A stretch of 39,964 bases of DNA from a virus. Taxonomy: Duplodnaviria; Heunggongvirae; Uroviricota; Caudoviricetes. The stretch lies in the IMG/VR virus record IMGVR_UViG_2711768042_000003; one strand, written 5' to 3'. The stretch's first letter is position 1, and each line of letters starts with the position of its first letter. The notes beneath the pieces were generated by a model that ran no database searches, was not told the DNA's origin, and saw only the letters and a program-made list of their open reading frames with translations. A program made the translations under genes and the position numbers. Of the stretch, positions 1 to 10,824 are shown in pieces.

Positions 1-803
1 GCATTCGTTTCGCTGGTCTTCGCTGCCGTCTGGCTGGACTTTGCGTTAGTTTCACTCGTCTTCGCAGCTTTCTGGCTGTTAGCCGCAGCAGTTGCTGATC
101 CGGCAGCTGAAGTCGCAGAACCGGCAGCGGCACTCTCGCTTTGGGCTGCTGAAACCTGGCTGTTTTTTGCTGCAGTTTCACTGGCTTTAGCATTCGTTTC
201 GCTGGTCTTCGCTGCCGTCTGGCTGGACTTTGCGTTGGTTTCGCTCGTCTTTGCGGCTGTCTCGCTATTTTTCGCGTTGGTTTCTGATTTTTTGGCTGCT
301 GTCGCGTAGTTTGCCGATGCAGTCTTTGAGGTCGCTGCCGCCTGTGCACTATTAGCTGCATTCGTTTCTGAGGTTTTCGCTGCGTTCTTCGATGATGCCG
401 CTGCAGTTTCGGATTTCTTTGCCGCCGCTGCGCTCTGAGAGGCGGCTTCGGCGTTGCGTGCCGCTTCTTCCACCATTGCCTCAAAACGACGCAATGCCTC
501 CGGCATGACATCATCTTCCGTCATGGCACCGAGAAAATCATTCAGCGTACCTGGTCTGGAACCTTCATAGACGGTAATGGTCCCGGCATGTGAAGGCGGA
601 AAACCTTCAACCAGCAGGGTGACGCTGTACTGACCGTACTCAACATCCATGCTGTAACGCCCGGCTTCATCCGGATTTTCAGAGGCCACCGTGTTCACCA
701 GTACCGTGGTGCTGTTACGCTTTGCCTTCAGTTGAATAGTGCAGTTCTGTATTGGTTTTCCCGCACCATCTTTCAGCACACCTGAGATTTTTACTGCTGC
801 CAT
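1..803 (-). CDS. stf: side tail fibre protein, N-terminal part (runs off window start)
   Basis: Minus-strand ATG at 801-803; translation MAAVKISGVLKDGAGKPIQNCTIQLKA matches the lambda Stf N-terminus; open frame to position 1; Ala/Ser/Thr-rich KTSETNA repeats. Confidence 0.8.
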   Translation of the reverse strand, partial: MAAVKISGVLKDGAGKPIQNCTIQLKAKRNSTTVLVNTVASENPDEAGRYSMDVEYGQYSVTLLVEGFPPSHAGTITVYEGSRPGTLNDFLGAMTEDDVMPEALRRFEAMVEEAARNAEAASQSAAAAKKSETAAASSKNAAKTSETNAANSAQAAATSKTASANYATAAKKSETNAKNSETAAKTSETNAKSSQTAAKTSETNAKASETAAKNSQVSAAQSESAAAGSATSAAGSATAAANSQKAAKTSETNAKSSQTAAKTSETN

Positions 804-812
804 ATCCACTCC

Positions 813-841
813 ACAAAAAAGCCCGCCTGAACCGGCGGGCT
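813..841 (-). terminator. hairpin plus U-run downstream of lom
   Basis: Stem AGCCCGCC/GGCGGGCT (820-841) followed on the minus strand by TTTTTTGT. Confidence 0.5.
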
Positions 842-867
842 GTCATAACACTGTGTTACCTGGCTAA

Positions 868-1467
868 TCAGAACTTATAACCGACACCCACGATGAAACC
901 GTCAGTGCGCCAGTCGCCACTGCCGGAGCCTTCATAAGCAATATCAATGGCCACGGATTCGGTCGGGTTAAACTGCACGCCAGCTCCCCACGCCAGAGAC
1001 GTGTTGCTGTGGCGATCGTCATCACTTCCGGTCAGCACATCGTGCGTTTTCCCCTTGTTGTCAGTTACGCGGAGATAATCCCCGGAGAACGTCGAAACAC
1101 GGCTGTAAGCCACACCTGCCATCGCATAAGCACTGAACCATTCATTCACGCGTACAGATGGCCCCGCCATCATGCTGAACCAGCGGTTACGCACTGAATC
1201 TTCATGCCAGCGGGTATCGCTGTAATGCGTTTTTTGCTCATCTTTGGCATTGGCATAACTGAATGACGTCACCAGCCCCAGCGTGTCCGTAAATTCATAA
1301 CGGTATTTCACGTTAATGCCCTTCAGGTCATCACTGCCTGGCATATCAGTATGGGTTTGAAGATACCCGGCGCTTAGTGTGGACTGATGCTCTGCTGCGC
1401 TCGCTGGCGTACCAGCGGCAACCAGCCAGACTACTGCGGACAGAATAACAGCACATAATTTACGCAT
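868..1467 (-). CDS. lom: Ail/Lom-family outer membrane protein
   Basis: 199 aa with signal peptide, beta-barrel-like sequence ending GVGYKF; lambda Lom position after J. Confidence 0.9.
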   Translation of the reverse strand: MRKLCAVILSAVVWLVAAGTPASAAEHQSTLSAGYLQTHTDMPGSDDLKGINVKYRYEFTDTLGLVTSFSYANAKDEQKTHYSDTRWHEDSVRNRWFSMMAGPSVRVNEWFSAYAMAGVAYSRVSTFSGDYLRVTDNKGKTHDVLTGSDDDRHSNTSLAWGAGVQFNPTESVAIDIAYEGSGSGDWRTDGFIVGVGYKF

Positions 1468-1486
1468 AATTACCTCTCGCTTTTCT

Positions 1487-1515
1487 GCAATAAAAAAGGC
1501 GTCATTTCTGACGCC
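1487..1515 (-). terminator. hairpin plus U-run downstream of J
   Basis: Stem GGCGTCA/TGACGCC, then TTTTTTATT on the minus strand. Confidence 0.5.
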
Positions 1516-1534
1516 CGTATTGGGGTTATAAAAT

Positions 1535-4500
1535 TCAGCTGATACTGATGCCTGCGGTGGCTTTCTTCATCACCACAACCAGCAAATCACTGATACTTGC
1601 TGTGGGATACCAACCATTTACCCACCATGCTGATACAGAAAACTCCAGCGTCATGTGACCGCGACCAGCAGGCATATCAATAACACCACTGTAAACCAGC
1701 GTATTATCCAGCGCGGTACGGTTATAAATTTCAGCACCGTTTTTCTTCACTATCAGGCGGCATGACGAATAAGTATCGCTGTTCTCCCGCTCATGTCTGG
1801 CACCGCTGAAAGCCACCGCCGGAATAACAATCTGCCGGTCAAACGGCTGATCGTCATAAACCCTGACGGTAATGGTCCCTGATGGCCACCGCTCCGGTGC
1901 ACGGGAGTCCCGGGGGAAAGCTTTGCCCACCGTTTTAACAATATCGCCTTCAATCTGGTTGGCTGACAGTTTTCCCAGAATCCGGCAGTTCTGATTAATC
2001 GTGACATTGTTGAGCGTCCCGGAGTTCGCATTCACGTTACCGCTGATATCTGCATTTTTCGCCGTCAGCCGCCCGTCCGGTGTCAGGGAAAATGCCGGAG
2101 GATTACCGCCGCTGGTAATGGTGGGAGCCGTCAGGTATTTCAGGAACACTTCGTTCATGAATATCTGATCGCCCTGACCAACAAACATCGGCTTTGTGTT
2201 GCCATTCGCAGGATTAATCATCGCAATCCTGTCCGCCGCCAGCAGCACCTGACTCTGCATACCGTCAGGGGTATTCTCAATACCGGCACCAATACCCGCG
2301 ATATAAAGGCGTCCGTCCTGCATCTGCTGCAGCTTCACAGCCCACATGCTGTTCAGGTTATTATTTGTATCAACCTGAACCTTCTGTATCTGCTGGATTG
2401 CCGCACTCTGGTCTTCCAGTTTCTTATTGACGGTCTGCGTGATTTCATTACTGACATCCGTGATGGACGTTCTGATTTCCGCCAGGTCAGGCGCAAGCTG
2501 ACCGTTATCAATCTGCGTCCACAACTCCTGAGCCAGATGGGTTTTCCCTATCTCTCCTTTGAAAAAATTCAGATAGCCGGATGCATCATCACTCGGCTGG
2601 CCAACAGCCTCCACGAATGCCGATTTGCCAACGGTGTTCACACTGCGGATGTAAAAATAATAATCATGGCCCGGTTTGATATTGATACTGGCGGCTATCC
2701 AGTACAGCGCCGTGCCAAGATAGCGTGCTGTGGTTTCAACCTGCCTGATATCCGCAATCCGCTTTTCCGAGAACCAGAACTCAAACTGTACCGTCGGGTC
2801 ATAAACGGCAAGATGCGGCGTGGCGGTTATCTGAAAATACCCCGGTGTCAGCTCAATCCGCGACGGTGCTGCCGGTGCGGCAATCCGGAACGATACCGAC
2901 GCCGGATCGCCCTGCTGCCCCCAGGCATTTGCCGCCCGGACTGTCAGCCTGTAGTTTCCCAACGCCAGTTGCGTGAAGCGGTATGTGGTTTCCGTCGTCC
3001 GGGCCGTGCTGACCAGCCGCTCACTGCCGTCATCCGCTGCCACGGTCAGGCGAAGCATAAAGCTCACGCCCTTCACCACCTTCGGCGTGTCCCAGCGCGC
3101 CAGTACCTGATATTCCCCGCTGTCTGCGGTGACTTCGGCAGTCAGGTGCTGCACCGCTGGCGGCGTGACACCATTCACCGTGCCACTCTGGTCGCCGTCA
3201 AAGTGCGCCCCGTTATCCACGATGGCCTCTTTCTCCGGCACATGCTGCACGGCGGTGATGGCATACGTGCCGTCGTCGTTCTCACGGATACTCACACAGC
3301 GGAACAGGCGCTGACGCAGCATCGGCAGCTTCAGCCCCCACACGCTGTATTCGGCAACGCCGTCAGGAACACGGCTCACTTTTACCTTCACGCCGTCGGT
3401 GACGGACTGGACCTCCACGCTCACCGGATTACCCTGCCCGTCAACCAGGCTTATCAGCGTGGTGCCGGAGGATGGCAGCGTGATTTCACGGTCGAGCGTC
3501 AGCGTCCGGGTCTGGCTGTTCACCGCCAGCACGCGCCCGCCAATGCTGATCCCCGCATAGTCATCATCGCAGATTTCAATAACATCACCCGGTACATGGC
3601 GCAGCCCTTCTGCACCCACGCTGAAGTCCACGGTCTGCGTTTCCAGCAGTTCCGTTTTAATCAGCCACAGCCCGGCGCGGTGCGCCTGCCCCCGGCTGGT
3701 ACAGCCAAAGGCATCCATTTTCGTGACGTTACGACCGTAACGGGCAATGGCCTGCGTGTCCTCCACAAGCTCTGTTGCCGTTTCCCAGCCGTTATTCGGG
3801 TCAATCCAGTTCACCTCAACGGCATTATGGCGGTCCTTCAGGGAGCTGAAACTGTAGCGGAACGGCGCGCCATCATCCGGCATCACCACATTACTGCGGT
3901 TATAGGTCCACACCTTATCCGACGGCCGGTCCTGCACGAACGTCAGCGTCTGCCCGTTCCATACCGGCATACAGCGCATCGCCGAGCAGAAATCACTGAG
4001 CACATCCCACGCCTTGCGCTGTGTGGTCAGGTACGCATTACAGGTGATGCGCGGCTCCGTGCCACCAAAACCATCCGGCACCGACTGGTCGCAATACTGT
4101 CCGATGACATACAGCGCCCATTTGTCCACATCCGCCGCACCAAGACGTTTCCCCATGCCGTAGCGCGGATGGGTCAGCATATCCCACAGACACCATGCCA
4201 TGTTGTTGCTGTATGCCGGTTTAAACGTTCCGTCCCAGATACCGCTGTATTGCCGCCTCTGCGGGTTATAGTTCGACGGCACCTGCAGAATGCGCCCGCG
4301 AAGATGATAATTACGACTCACCTGCTGGCTGCCGAACTGTTCCGAGTCCACCTGCACGCCGACCAGTGCCGTGTTCGGGTAGCACTGTTTCACATCGATG
4401 ATTTCGGTGTATGACGACCAGAGCGTTTTGTTCTGCAGCTGGTCTGTGGTGCTGTCCGGTGTCATCCTGCGCATCCGGATATTGAACGGGCGCGGAGGCA

Positions 4501-5014
4501 GATTATCCACCACCACCGAGGCCAGATACTGCGAGGTGGTTTTGCCCTTAATGGTGATGTCTTTTTCCGTCACCCAGCCACCGTTACGTTGTATCTGAAC
4601 CAGCAGGCGAACTTCCGACGGATTCCGGTCCCCCTTTGAAGTGGTTTCCACCAGAGCCTGCACACCGAAGGTAAAGCGCAGACGGTCGATGTTTGCAGAC
4701 GTGATGGTCCGGGTGATCGGCGTGTCATATTTCACTTCCGTACCCAGCACCGTCTCGGATCCGGAGGATTCAAAACCCTCCGGCGGTGTCTGCTCCTGCT
4801 CACCTGCCCGGAACACCACCGTGACACCGGCGATGTTGGTATTCCCTTCACTGTCCAGCACCGGCGTACTGTTCAGCAGCACGCTTTTTAATCCATCCAC
4901 CGGACCTTCTATCGGTCCTTCGCTGATGGCATCGATCACACTCAGTAACTGCGTGGATTTCAGGTTGTCCTTCGCTTCGCGCGGGGTATGCCCCTTACTG
5001 CTGCCTTTACCCAT
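1535..5014 (-). CDS. J: tail tip / host specificity protein J
   Basis: 1159 aa, N-terminus [24 protein letters not shown] as in lambda J; position after I. Confidence 0.95.
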   Translation of the reverse strand: MGKGSSKGHTPREAKDNLKSTQLLSVIDAISEGPIEGPVDGLKSVLLNSTPVLDSEGNTNIAGVTVVFRAGEQEQTPPEGFESSGSETVLGTEVKYDTPITRTITSANIDRLRFTFGVQALVETTSKGDRNPSEVRLLVQIQRNGGWVTEKDITIKGKTTSQYLASVVVDNLPPRPFNIRMRRMTPDSTTDQLQNKTLWSSYTEIIDVKQCYPNTALVGVQVDSEQFGSQQVSRNYHLRGRILQVPSNYNPQRRQYSGIWDGTFKPAYSNNMAWCLWDMLTHPRYGMGKRLGAADVDKWALYVIGQYCDQSVPDGFGGTEPRITCNAYLTTQRKAWDVLSDFCSAMRCMPVWNGQTLTFVQDRPSDKVWTYNRSNVVMPDDGAPFRYSFSSLKDRHNAVEVNWIDPNNGWETATELVEDTQAIARYGRNVTKMDAFGCTSRGQAHRAGLWLIKTELLETQTVDFSVGAEGLRHVPGDVIEICDDDYAGISIGGRVLAVNSQTRTLTLDREITLPSSGTTLISLVDGQGNPVSVEVQSVTDGVKVKVSRVPDGVAEYSVWGLKLPMLRQRLFRCVSIRENDDGTYAITAVQHVPEKEAIVDNGAHFDGDQSGTVNGVTPPAVQHLTAEVTADSGEYQVLARWDTPKVVKGVSFMLRLTVAADDGSERLVSTARTTETTYRFTQLALGNYRLTVRAANAWGQQGDPASVSFRIAAPAAPSRIELTPGYFQITATPHLAVYDPTVQFEFWFSEKRIADIRQVETTARYLGTALYWIAASINIKPGHDYYFYIRSVNTVGKSAFVEAVGQPSDDASGYLNFFKGEIGKTHLAQELWTQIDNGQLAPDLAEIRTSITDVSNEITQTVNKKLEDQSAAIQQIQKVQVDTNNNLNSMWAVKLQQMQDGRLYIAGIGAGIENTPDGMQSQVLLAADRIAMINPANGNTKPMFVGQGDQIFMNEVFLKYLTAPTITSGGNPPAFSLTPDGRLTAKNADISGNVNANSGTLNNVTINQNCRILGKLSANQIEGDIVKTVGKAFPRDSRAPERWPSGTITVRVYDDQPFDRQIVIPAVAFSGARHERENSDTYSSCRLIVKKNGAEIYNRTALDNTLVYSGVIDMPAGRGHMTLEFSVSAWWVNGWYPTASISDLLVVVMKKATAGISIS

Positions 5015-5074
5015 TCGTCATGCTCCATAAACGACAAAACCGCCCGCAGGCGGTTTCACATAAAACATTTTGCA

Positions 5075-5746
5075 TCAGCGACCAATCACCACAACCTGAC
5101 CACCATCCCCTTCGTCTGCCGTGCTGATCTCCTGAGAAACCACCCGCGACCCCACACGCATTTCACCGTACAGAACAGGCAGAACATTGCCCTGAGCAAC
5201 CATGTTATCCAGTGAGGAAAAATAGGTGTTCTGTTTGCCGTTATCTGTACTGGCTGCCGTGGACGTCCTGGCTTTCGGTGCCAGCATCTGAGCCACACCG
5301 CCGAGCACCATACTGGCACCGAGAGAAAACAGAATGCCGGTCATACCACCGGCCCCAATGGCTGTCCCCCATGCTGCAAGGGTGGCTCCGGCGGTAAAGA
5401 ATGATCCGGCAATGGCGGCTGCCCCCAGGACAATCTGGAATACGCCACCTGACTTGGCCCCGGCGACTCTAGGAACGATATGAATCACAGCGCCGTCAGG
5501 CAGATCCTCATGTAACTGCGCCGTTAATCCGGACGTGCTGACATCCTGCCCGGCAATACGTACCTGATACCAGCCGTCGCTCAGTTTCTGACGAAACGCA
5601 GGGAGCTGTGTGGCCAGCGCCCGGATGGCTTCGGCCCCCGTTTTCACACGAAGGTCGATGCGGCGGCCAAATCGTTGTAAATCCCCGTAAAGGCAGATGC
5701 GTGCCATGCCCGGTGACGCCAGAGGGAGTGTGTGCGTCGCTGCCAT
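5075..5746 (-). CDS. I: tail assembly protein I
   Basis: 223 aa, same length as lambda I; overlaps the K 3' end as in lambda. Confidence 0.9.
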   Translation of the reverse strand: MAATHTLPLASPGMARICLYGDLQRFGRRIDLRVKTGAEAIRALATQLPAFRQKLSDGWYQVRIAGQDVSTSGLTAQLHEDLPDGAVIHIVPRVAGAKSGGVFQIVLGAAAIAGSFFTAGATLAAWGTAIGAGGMTGILFSLGASMVLGGVAQMLAPKARTSTAASTDNGKQNTYFSSLDNMVAQGNVLPVLYGEMRVGSRVVSQEISTADEGDGGQVVVIGR

Positions 5747-6387
5747 TTGTCGGTATACCTCTCTCGTTTGCTCAGTTGTTCAGGAATATGGTGCAGCAGC
5801 TCGCCGTCACCACAGTAAATGGCGGCATGATTCGGCACAGATGAACCAAAACAGCACAGCAGCACATCGCCCGGCTGCGCCGCTGACAGCGGCACCTGAT
5901 ACAGCCCTGTGGCCTCCAGATTATCCAGATAGAGATTCTGACCGTGACGCCACCAGTCATCCTCACGATGAAAATCCGGCATCTCAATCCCCGCCAGATG
6001 GTAAGCATCCCGGAACAGCGTGTAACAGTCCGTCACCCCGTGCTCAAAGAGCCGCCCGGTAAGATGCGGCACACAGCGGAACTTATGAATCGCCCCCCGG
6101 CAGACCAGCCACCACGGCAAATCACTCTGCACCTGCAGCCGCCGGTCGGCTTCACTCAGCCAGGGCAGACCACCGGGATGGCTGTGCACCAGCGCGACTA
6201 TCTCACCCTGCATTTCTGCCTGCAGCCAGTCTTCCGGCGACATCCGGAAATACGCCTCAGGCTCACCGGAGATATTCACGCAGGGAAAATATCTTTCCCC
6301 CTCCGGCGTTCTCACCACGAAGCCGCACGACTCCGCTGGCGCACATCGCCGGGCGTGCGCCAGAATCGCTGATTCTGTCTCTGTCAT
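5644..6387 (-). CDS. K: tail assembly protein K (JAB/MPN plus NlpC/P60-like)
   Basis: HSHPGG motif and NlpC/P60-like C-terminal half; position between L and I; exact start uncertain. Confidence 0.85.
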   Translation of the reverse strand: MTETESAILAHARRCAPAESCGFVVRTPEGERYFPCVNISGEPEAYFRMSPEDWLQAEMQGEIVALVHSHPGGLPWLSEADRRLQVQSDLPWWLVCRGAIHKFRCVPHLTGRLFEHGVTDCYTLFRDAYHLAGIEMPDFHREDDWWRHGQNLYLDNLEATGLYQVPLSAAQPGDVLLCCFGSSVPNHAAIYCGDGELLHHIPEQLSKRERYTDKWQRRTHSLWRHRAWHASAFTGIYNDLAAASTFV

Positions 6388-6392
6388 GGGAT

Positions 6393-7091
6393 TTACTGCG
6401 AAAGTTTGTTAATGGAAAGGAAGCCGCCAAAGTTGCCGACGTTATTGCGAAACTTACAGCCACTCAGGCATTTGCTGCATTTATCCTTCGTGATATCGGT
6501 TGTCGGCTGGTCATATTCATCCGCGACAGCCGGACCGTGATAACCGCACTCATCACCGCGATAGGTCCAGGTGCAGGTGTTGGCCAGCATGATACGTCCC
6601 GGAAAAACAGCGCCATCCGTTTCCGTCGGCGTGGACAGTACAAAAGAGGCACTCACCGCGCTCAGTTCGCTGCACTGCTCAATGCGCCAGCGGCTGATCA
6701 CCTCCTGCTCCGGATCGGCGCCACTGTTTCCGTTGACGAAGTTCACCGCATCCAGAAAACGGGCGTAAACCTTACGCCGGACCACCGTTCCACCGACCAG
6801 ACTCTGCAGATCTTCCGCCATCCCGGTGACCATACCGTACAGGTTAGAAACCGTCAGTGTGGGGCGCGTACTGGTGCCTTTGCCATTCAGTTCAAAACCA
6901 CTTCCCTGAATGGGATACGGCTGATACTGTCGCCCCTGCCAGGTGACCGGCTCACCTTTTTCGTTCAGCTCATTACAGAAAAAATAACGTTCTCCACCGA
7001 CCTCTGTCAGGTCGATTTCCCAGAGCACCACGCTGGCCGACTGCTCCGCACGGGTGCATTCATTCAGTGTTTCCTGCCGGATATCCTGCAT
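6393..7091 (-). CDS. L: tail tip protein L
   Basis: 232 aa, lambda L-like throughout including C-terminal Cys cluster. Confidence 0.95.
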   Translation of the reverse strand: MQDIRQETLNECTRAEQSASVVLWEIDLTEVGGERYFFCNELNEKGEPVTWQGRQYQPYPIQGSGFELNGKGTSTRPTLTVSNLYGMVTGMAEDLQSLVGGTVVRRKVYARFLDAVNFVNGNSGADPEQEVISRWRIEQCSELSAVSASFVLSTPTETDGAVFPGRIMLANTCTWTYRGDECGYHGPAVADEYDQPTTDITKDKCSKCLSGCKFRNNVGNFGGFLSINKLSQ

Positions 7092-7420
7092 CAGTTCACC
7101 ACCTGTTCAAACTCTGCGCTGAACTCAACACGCAGCATACTGACCCGCGACGACCATTTTGCGCAGGTCACCTTTATCTGCCGCCACTCATAAGGCGGCG
7201 TCCACAGAAAGGCTTTCCAGCCCCCGTGCTCTTCCAGAAACGACTCCAGTACCGTGGCCTCCTCACGGGGGACAGAAAGCGTCACGCTGTACGTTTTCAG
7301 GTTGGCATTCAGCCCGGCAGGCGCTCGCTGGGAATAGCCATCACCAAAGCGCACCTTTCTTACAGAAGGGGCCGAAGCCACATCCATACCGGGTTTCACT
7401 TTCCAGCGGAAGGTTTTCAT
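7091..7420 (-). CDS. M: tail tip protein M
   Basis: 109 aa, lambda M-like. Confidence 0.95.
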   Translation of the reverse strand: MKTFRWKVKPGMDVASAPSVRKVRFGDGYSQRAPAGLNANLKTYSVTLSVPREEATVLESFLEEHGGWKAFLWTPPYEWRQIKVTCAKWSSRVSMLRVEFSAEFEQVVN

Positions 7421-9978
7421 CGTCCACCTCCGGAGAACAGGCCACCATCACGCATCTGTGTCTGAATTTCATCACGGGCACCCTTGCGGGCCATGTCATA
7501 CACTGCCTTCATCATCTGTGGACCTGGCAGACCATTCGTACCGTCGTTCTGAATCACCACGTGATTGTTCTGATTAAAATTAATGCCTTCAGCCCGCCGC
7601 ATCTGCGCCGGACTTCCGGCACCGCCCACATAACCACCTTCCGCATAGCCCCGCATCAGGCGGTACAGGTTGCCGACACCAATCCGGCTGGTTGCCTCCT
7701 TCGTGAAGACAAATTCACCACGGTGAACAATCCCCGCTGGCTCATATTTGCCGCCGGTTCCCGTAAATCCCCCGGTCGCAAAACGGAATTTCGCCGCAGC
7801 GGCCTGAATGGCTGTACCGCCTGACGCGGATGCTCCACCACTGGCAGCACCGCCAATGGCGCTGCCGATACTCCCGACAATCCCCACCATTGCCTGCTTA
7901 AGCAGAATTTCTGTCATCATGGACAGCACGGAACGGGTGAAGCTGCGCCAGTTCTGCTCACTGCCGGTCAGCATCGCCGCCATATTCTGTGCAATACCAT
8001 CAAAGGTCTGCGTGGCTGCACTTTTAACCTGCGACATACTGTCCGTGGCGCTCTCTTCCCACTCACTCCAGCCGGACTTCAGGCCTGCCATCCAGCTCCC
8101 GCGAAGCTGGTCTTCAGCCGCCCAGGTCTTTTTCTGCTCTGACATGACGTTATTCAGCGCCAGCGGATTATCGCCATACTGTTCCTTCAGGCGCTGTTCC
8201 GTGGCTTCCCGTTCTGCCTGCCGGTCAGTCAGCCCCCGGCTTTTCGCATCAATGGCGGCCCGTTTTGCCCGTTGCTGCTGTGCGAATTTATCCGCCTGCT
8301 GCGCCAGCGCGTTCAGGCGCTCCTGATACGTAACCTTGTCGCCAAGTGCAGCCAGCTGGCGTTTGTACTCCAGCGTCTCATCTTTATGCGCCAGCAGGGA
8401 TTTCTCCTGTGCAGACAGCTGGCGACGTTGCGCCGCCTCCTCCAGTACCGCGAACTGACTCTCCGCCTTCCACAAATCCCGGCGCTGCTGGCTGATTTTC
8501 TCATTCGCTCCGGCATGCTTCTCCAGCGTCCGGAGTTCTGCCTGAAGCGTCAGCAGGGCAGCATGAGCACTGTCTTCCTGACGATCGCCCGCAGACACCT
8601 TCACGCCGGACTGTTTCGGCTTTTTCAGCGTCGCTTCATAATCCTTTTTCGCCGCCGCCATCAGCGTGTTGTAATCCGCCTGCAGGATTTTCCCGTCTTT
8701 CAGTGCCTTGTTCAGTTCTTCCTGACGGGCGGTATATTTCTCCAGCGGCGTCTGCAGCCGTTCGTAAGCCTTCTGCGCCTCTTCGGTATATTTCAGCCGT
8801 GACGCTTCGGTATCGCTCTGCTGCTGCGCATTTTTGTCCTGTTGAGTCTGCTGCTCAGCCTTCTTTCGGGCGGCTTCAAGCGCAAGACGGGCCTTTTCAC
8901 GATCATCCCAGTAACGCGCCCGCGCTTCATCGTTAACAAAATAATCATCCTTGCGCAGATTCCAGATGTCGTCTGCTTTCTTAAACGCAGCCTCTGCCTT
9001 AATCAGCATCTCCTGCGCGGTATCAGGACGACCAATATCCAGCACCGCATCCCACATGGATTTGAATGCCCGCGCTGTCCTGTCTGCCCAGGTCTCCAGC
9101 GTGCCCATGTTCTCTTTCAGGCGGCGGGTCTGGTCATCAAACCCTTTCGTTGCGGCTTCGTTCGCCGCCTGCAATGCCCCGGCTTCATCGCCGGAACGCT
9201 GCAACTGAGCAACATACGCAATCTGCTCCGCCGTCACGTTATGGAACTGGCGCGCCATCGCCGTCAGCCCCGACGTCGGGTCAGTGGTCAGCTTCCCGAA
9301 GGCTTCAGCGACCTTGTCCACCTCCACGCCGGATGCAGAGGAGAAACGCGCCACACTCTGGCTGATGGACGCAATCTGAGCCTCACCGCTTACCCCCGCC
9401 TTAACCAGTGCACTGAGTGACTCGCTGGTCTGGTTAAACGTCAGCCCTGCCGCCTGCCCGGCTCTGGACAGGACCAGCATACGATCTGCCGTCAGACCTG
9501 ACTGATGACCGGAAAGGACCAGCGTTTTGTTGAAATCGGACAGGGTTGAGTTACCCTGATACCAGGCATACGCCAGCGCACCGGTCGCCACCGCCAGCGA
9601 GGTGGCCCCGACCATCGGCAGGGTGATCGCACCGGCAAGCCCCCGGAACATGGGGATCATCCCGCCGAAGGAGTCCTTAACCTGACCACCCTGTTGCAGC
9701 AGGATCAGCCACGGGCTTTGCCCGCCTGCAAGCTGCGTGGCCACGTCAGTGAACTGTGCAGGAAGCATACGCATGGCGGCTTTATACTGCCCGACGGAAA
9801 TCCCCGCTTTCTGTGCAGCCAGCGCCTGCCGGTTCATTGACTGTTCAACGACTGCCGCTGTTTTTTTCGCATCACTTTCCGTACCGGAAAAATGACGCCT
9901 GACTCTGGCCATCTGCTCGTCAAATCTGGCTGCATCCAGACTTAAATCAACGACCAGATCGCCTACCGGTTCAGCCAT
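7417..9978 (-). CDS. H: tail tape measure protein H
   Basis: 853 aa, same length as lambda H; coiled-coil centre, Gly-rich C-terminus. Confidence 0.95.
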   Translation of the reverse strand: MAEPVGDLVVDLSLDAARFDEQMARVRRHFSGTESDAKKTAAVVEQSMNRQALAAQKAGISVGQYKAAMRMLPAQFTDVATQLAGGQSPWLILLQQGGQVKDSFGGMIPMFRGLAGAITLPMVGATSLAVATGALAYAWYQGNSTLSDFNKTLVLSGHQSGLTADRMLVLSRAGQAAGLTFNQTSESLSALVKAGVSGEAQIASISQSVARFSSASGVEVDKVAEAFGKLTTDPTSGLTAMARQFHNVTAEQIAYVAQLQRSGDEAGALQAANEAATKGFDDQTRRLKENMGTLETWADRTARAFKSMWDAVLDIGRPDTAQEMLIKAEAAFKKADDIWNLRKDDYFVNDEARARYWDDREKARLALEAARKKAEQQTQQDKNAQQQSDTEASRLKYTEEAQKAYERLQTPLEKYTARQEELNKALKDGKILQADYNTLMAAAKKDYEATLKKPKQSGVKVSAGDRQEDSAHAALLTLQAELRTLEKHAGANEKISQQRRDLWKAESQFAVLEEAAQRRQLSAQEKSLLAHKDETLEYKRQLAALGDKVTYQERLNALAQQADKFAQQQRAKRAAIDAKSRGLTDRQAEREATEQRLKEQYGDNPLALNNVMSEQKKTWAAEDQLRGSWMAGLKSGWSEWEESATDSMSQVKSAATQTFDGIAQNMAAMLTGSEQNWRSFTRSVLSMMTEILLKQAMVGIVGSIGSAIGGAASGGASASGGTAIQAAAAKFRFATGGFTGTGGKYEPAGIVHRGEFVFTKEATSRIGVGNLYRLMRGYAEGGYVGGAGSPAQMRRAEGINFNQNNHVVIQNDGTNGLPGPQMMKAVYDMARKGARDEIQTQMRDGGLFSGGGR

Positions 9979-10405
9979 ACCGGACTCCTCCTGCGATCCC
10001 TTCTGATACTGTCATCAGCATTACGTCATCCTCCGTCATGTCCGCTACATCCGGGGAAGCGGGGATAACTTCATTCCCGTCCGGGCCAAAGCGGACGCCT
10101 CCGGCAAGCCCTGCCGCTTTCTGCATCAGCACATCATCTTCAGGCTCTTCGTCAGCCTCGCGCCGGTTCAGCAGACTGAAATCCAGCGGATGCATATCCG
10201 GATCGCTGAAAAACAGGCTGAGTACGGTGTACGTCAGCCCGGAAAAGTGCATATCCAGCAGGACATCATGAAAATAATGGGTACTGTAAAAGCGGTGCCA
10301 GTCGGCATACTCCGTGGATGACATCCCGGCAAGCATGGCGCGCCAGTCGGGTCGCCCCATCTCACGCGCCAGTTTCAGGGCAAAACTCAGCTCACCGTCG
10401 AACAC
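9971..10405 (-). CDS. T: T portion of the G-T tail assembly chaperone (reached by -1 frameshift from G)
   Basis: Open frame overlapping the G 3' end in the -1 frame; begins at the slippery heptamer. Confidence 0.8.
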   Translation of the reverse strand: MFDGELSFALKLAREMGRPDWRAMLAGMSSTEYADWHRFYSTHYFHDVLLDMHFSGLTYTVLSLFFSDPDMHPLDFSLLNRREADEEPEDDVLMQKAAGLAGGVRFGPDGNEVIPASPDVADMTEDDVMLMTVSEGIAGGVRYG

Positions 10406-10809
10406 TTTCCCGCAGAAACAGGCTCTGCAGGCCCGGCGTCATCTGCCTGTTCAGGGGCATTATTCACCACAAACTCAGACATTCCGGACAGACGTAACAC
10501 CACGTTTTCAGCCTGAGCAATTGCCTCCGTGGGCCAGGTGGTAAGCACTTCCTGCTCAATCTGTTTAATGGCTTCATTCATGGACGGCAGCTTTGTCTTC
10601 TGCGGATGGTTATGCCACAGAGACATCGCCACCAGAAACGCCCCGCCTCTGATAAGATCCTCTACAGACACCTGCAGGTTGCCACTGGATTCAGCCTTTT
10701 TTTCCTGCTCTTTCAACCAGGCAAGATGCTCAATACGCTGCAGGGCTGACAGTTCAGAAAGCGTGACGGTCACGCCGTTATGTTCAAATGATTCGGTTTT
10801 CAGGAACAT
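10387..10809 (-). CDS. G: tail assembly chaperone G
   Basis: 140 aa, lambda G-like; immediately downstream of V. Confidence 0.9.
   Translation of the reverse strand: MFLKTESFEHNGVTVTLSELSALQRIEHLAWLKEQEKKAESSGNLQVSVEDLIRGGAFLVAMSLWHNHPQKTKLPSMNEAIKQIEQEVLTTWPTEAIAQAENVVLRLSGMSEFVVNNAPEQADDAGPAEPVSAGKCSTVS
10405..10411 (-). other. programmed -1 ribosomal frameshift slippery site GGGAAAG
   Basis: Minus-strand GGGAAAG lies exactly at the G/T frame junction. Confidence 0.7.
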
Positions 10810-10824
10810 CGCTGACTCTCCGGA

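Noticed and set aside
2537-4414. 625-aa plus-strand ORF
   Set aside because: Lies entirely antisense to the J gene; Arg/Pro/Cys-rich low-complexity translation typical of a spurious ORF on the reverse of a GC-rich gene.
7159-9420. Several 170-220-aa plus-strand ORFs (7159-7824, 7808-8326, 8272-8802, 8842-9420)
   Set aside because: All are antisense to M or H, whose identity is secure; no RBS or family features.
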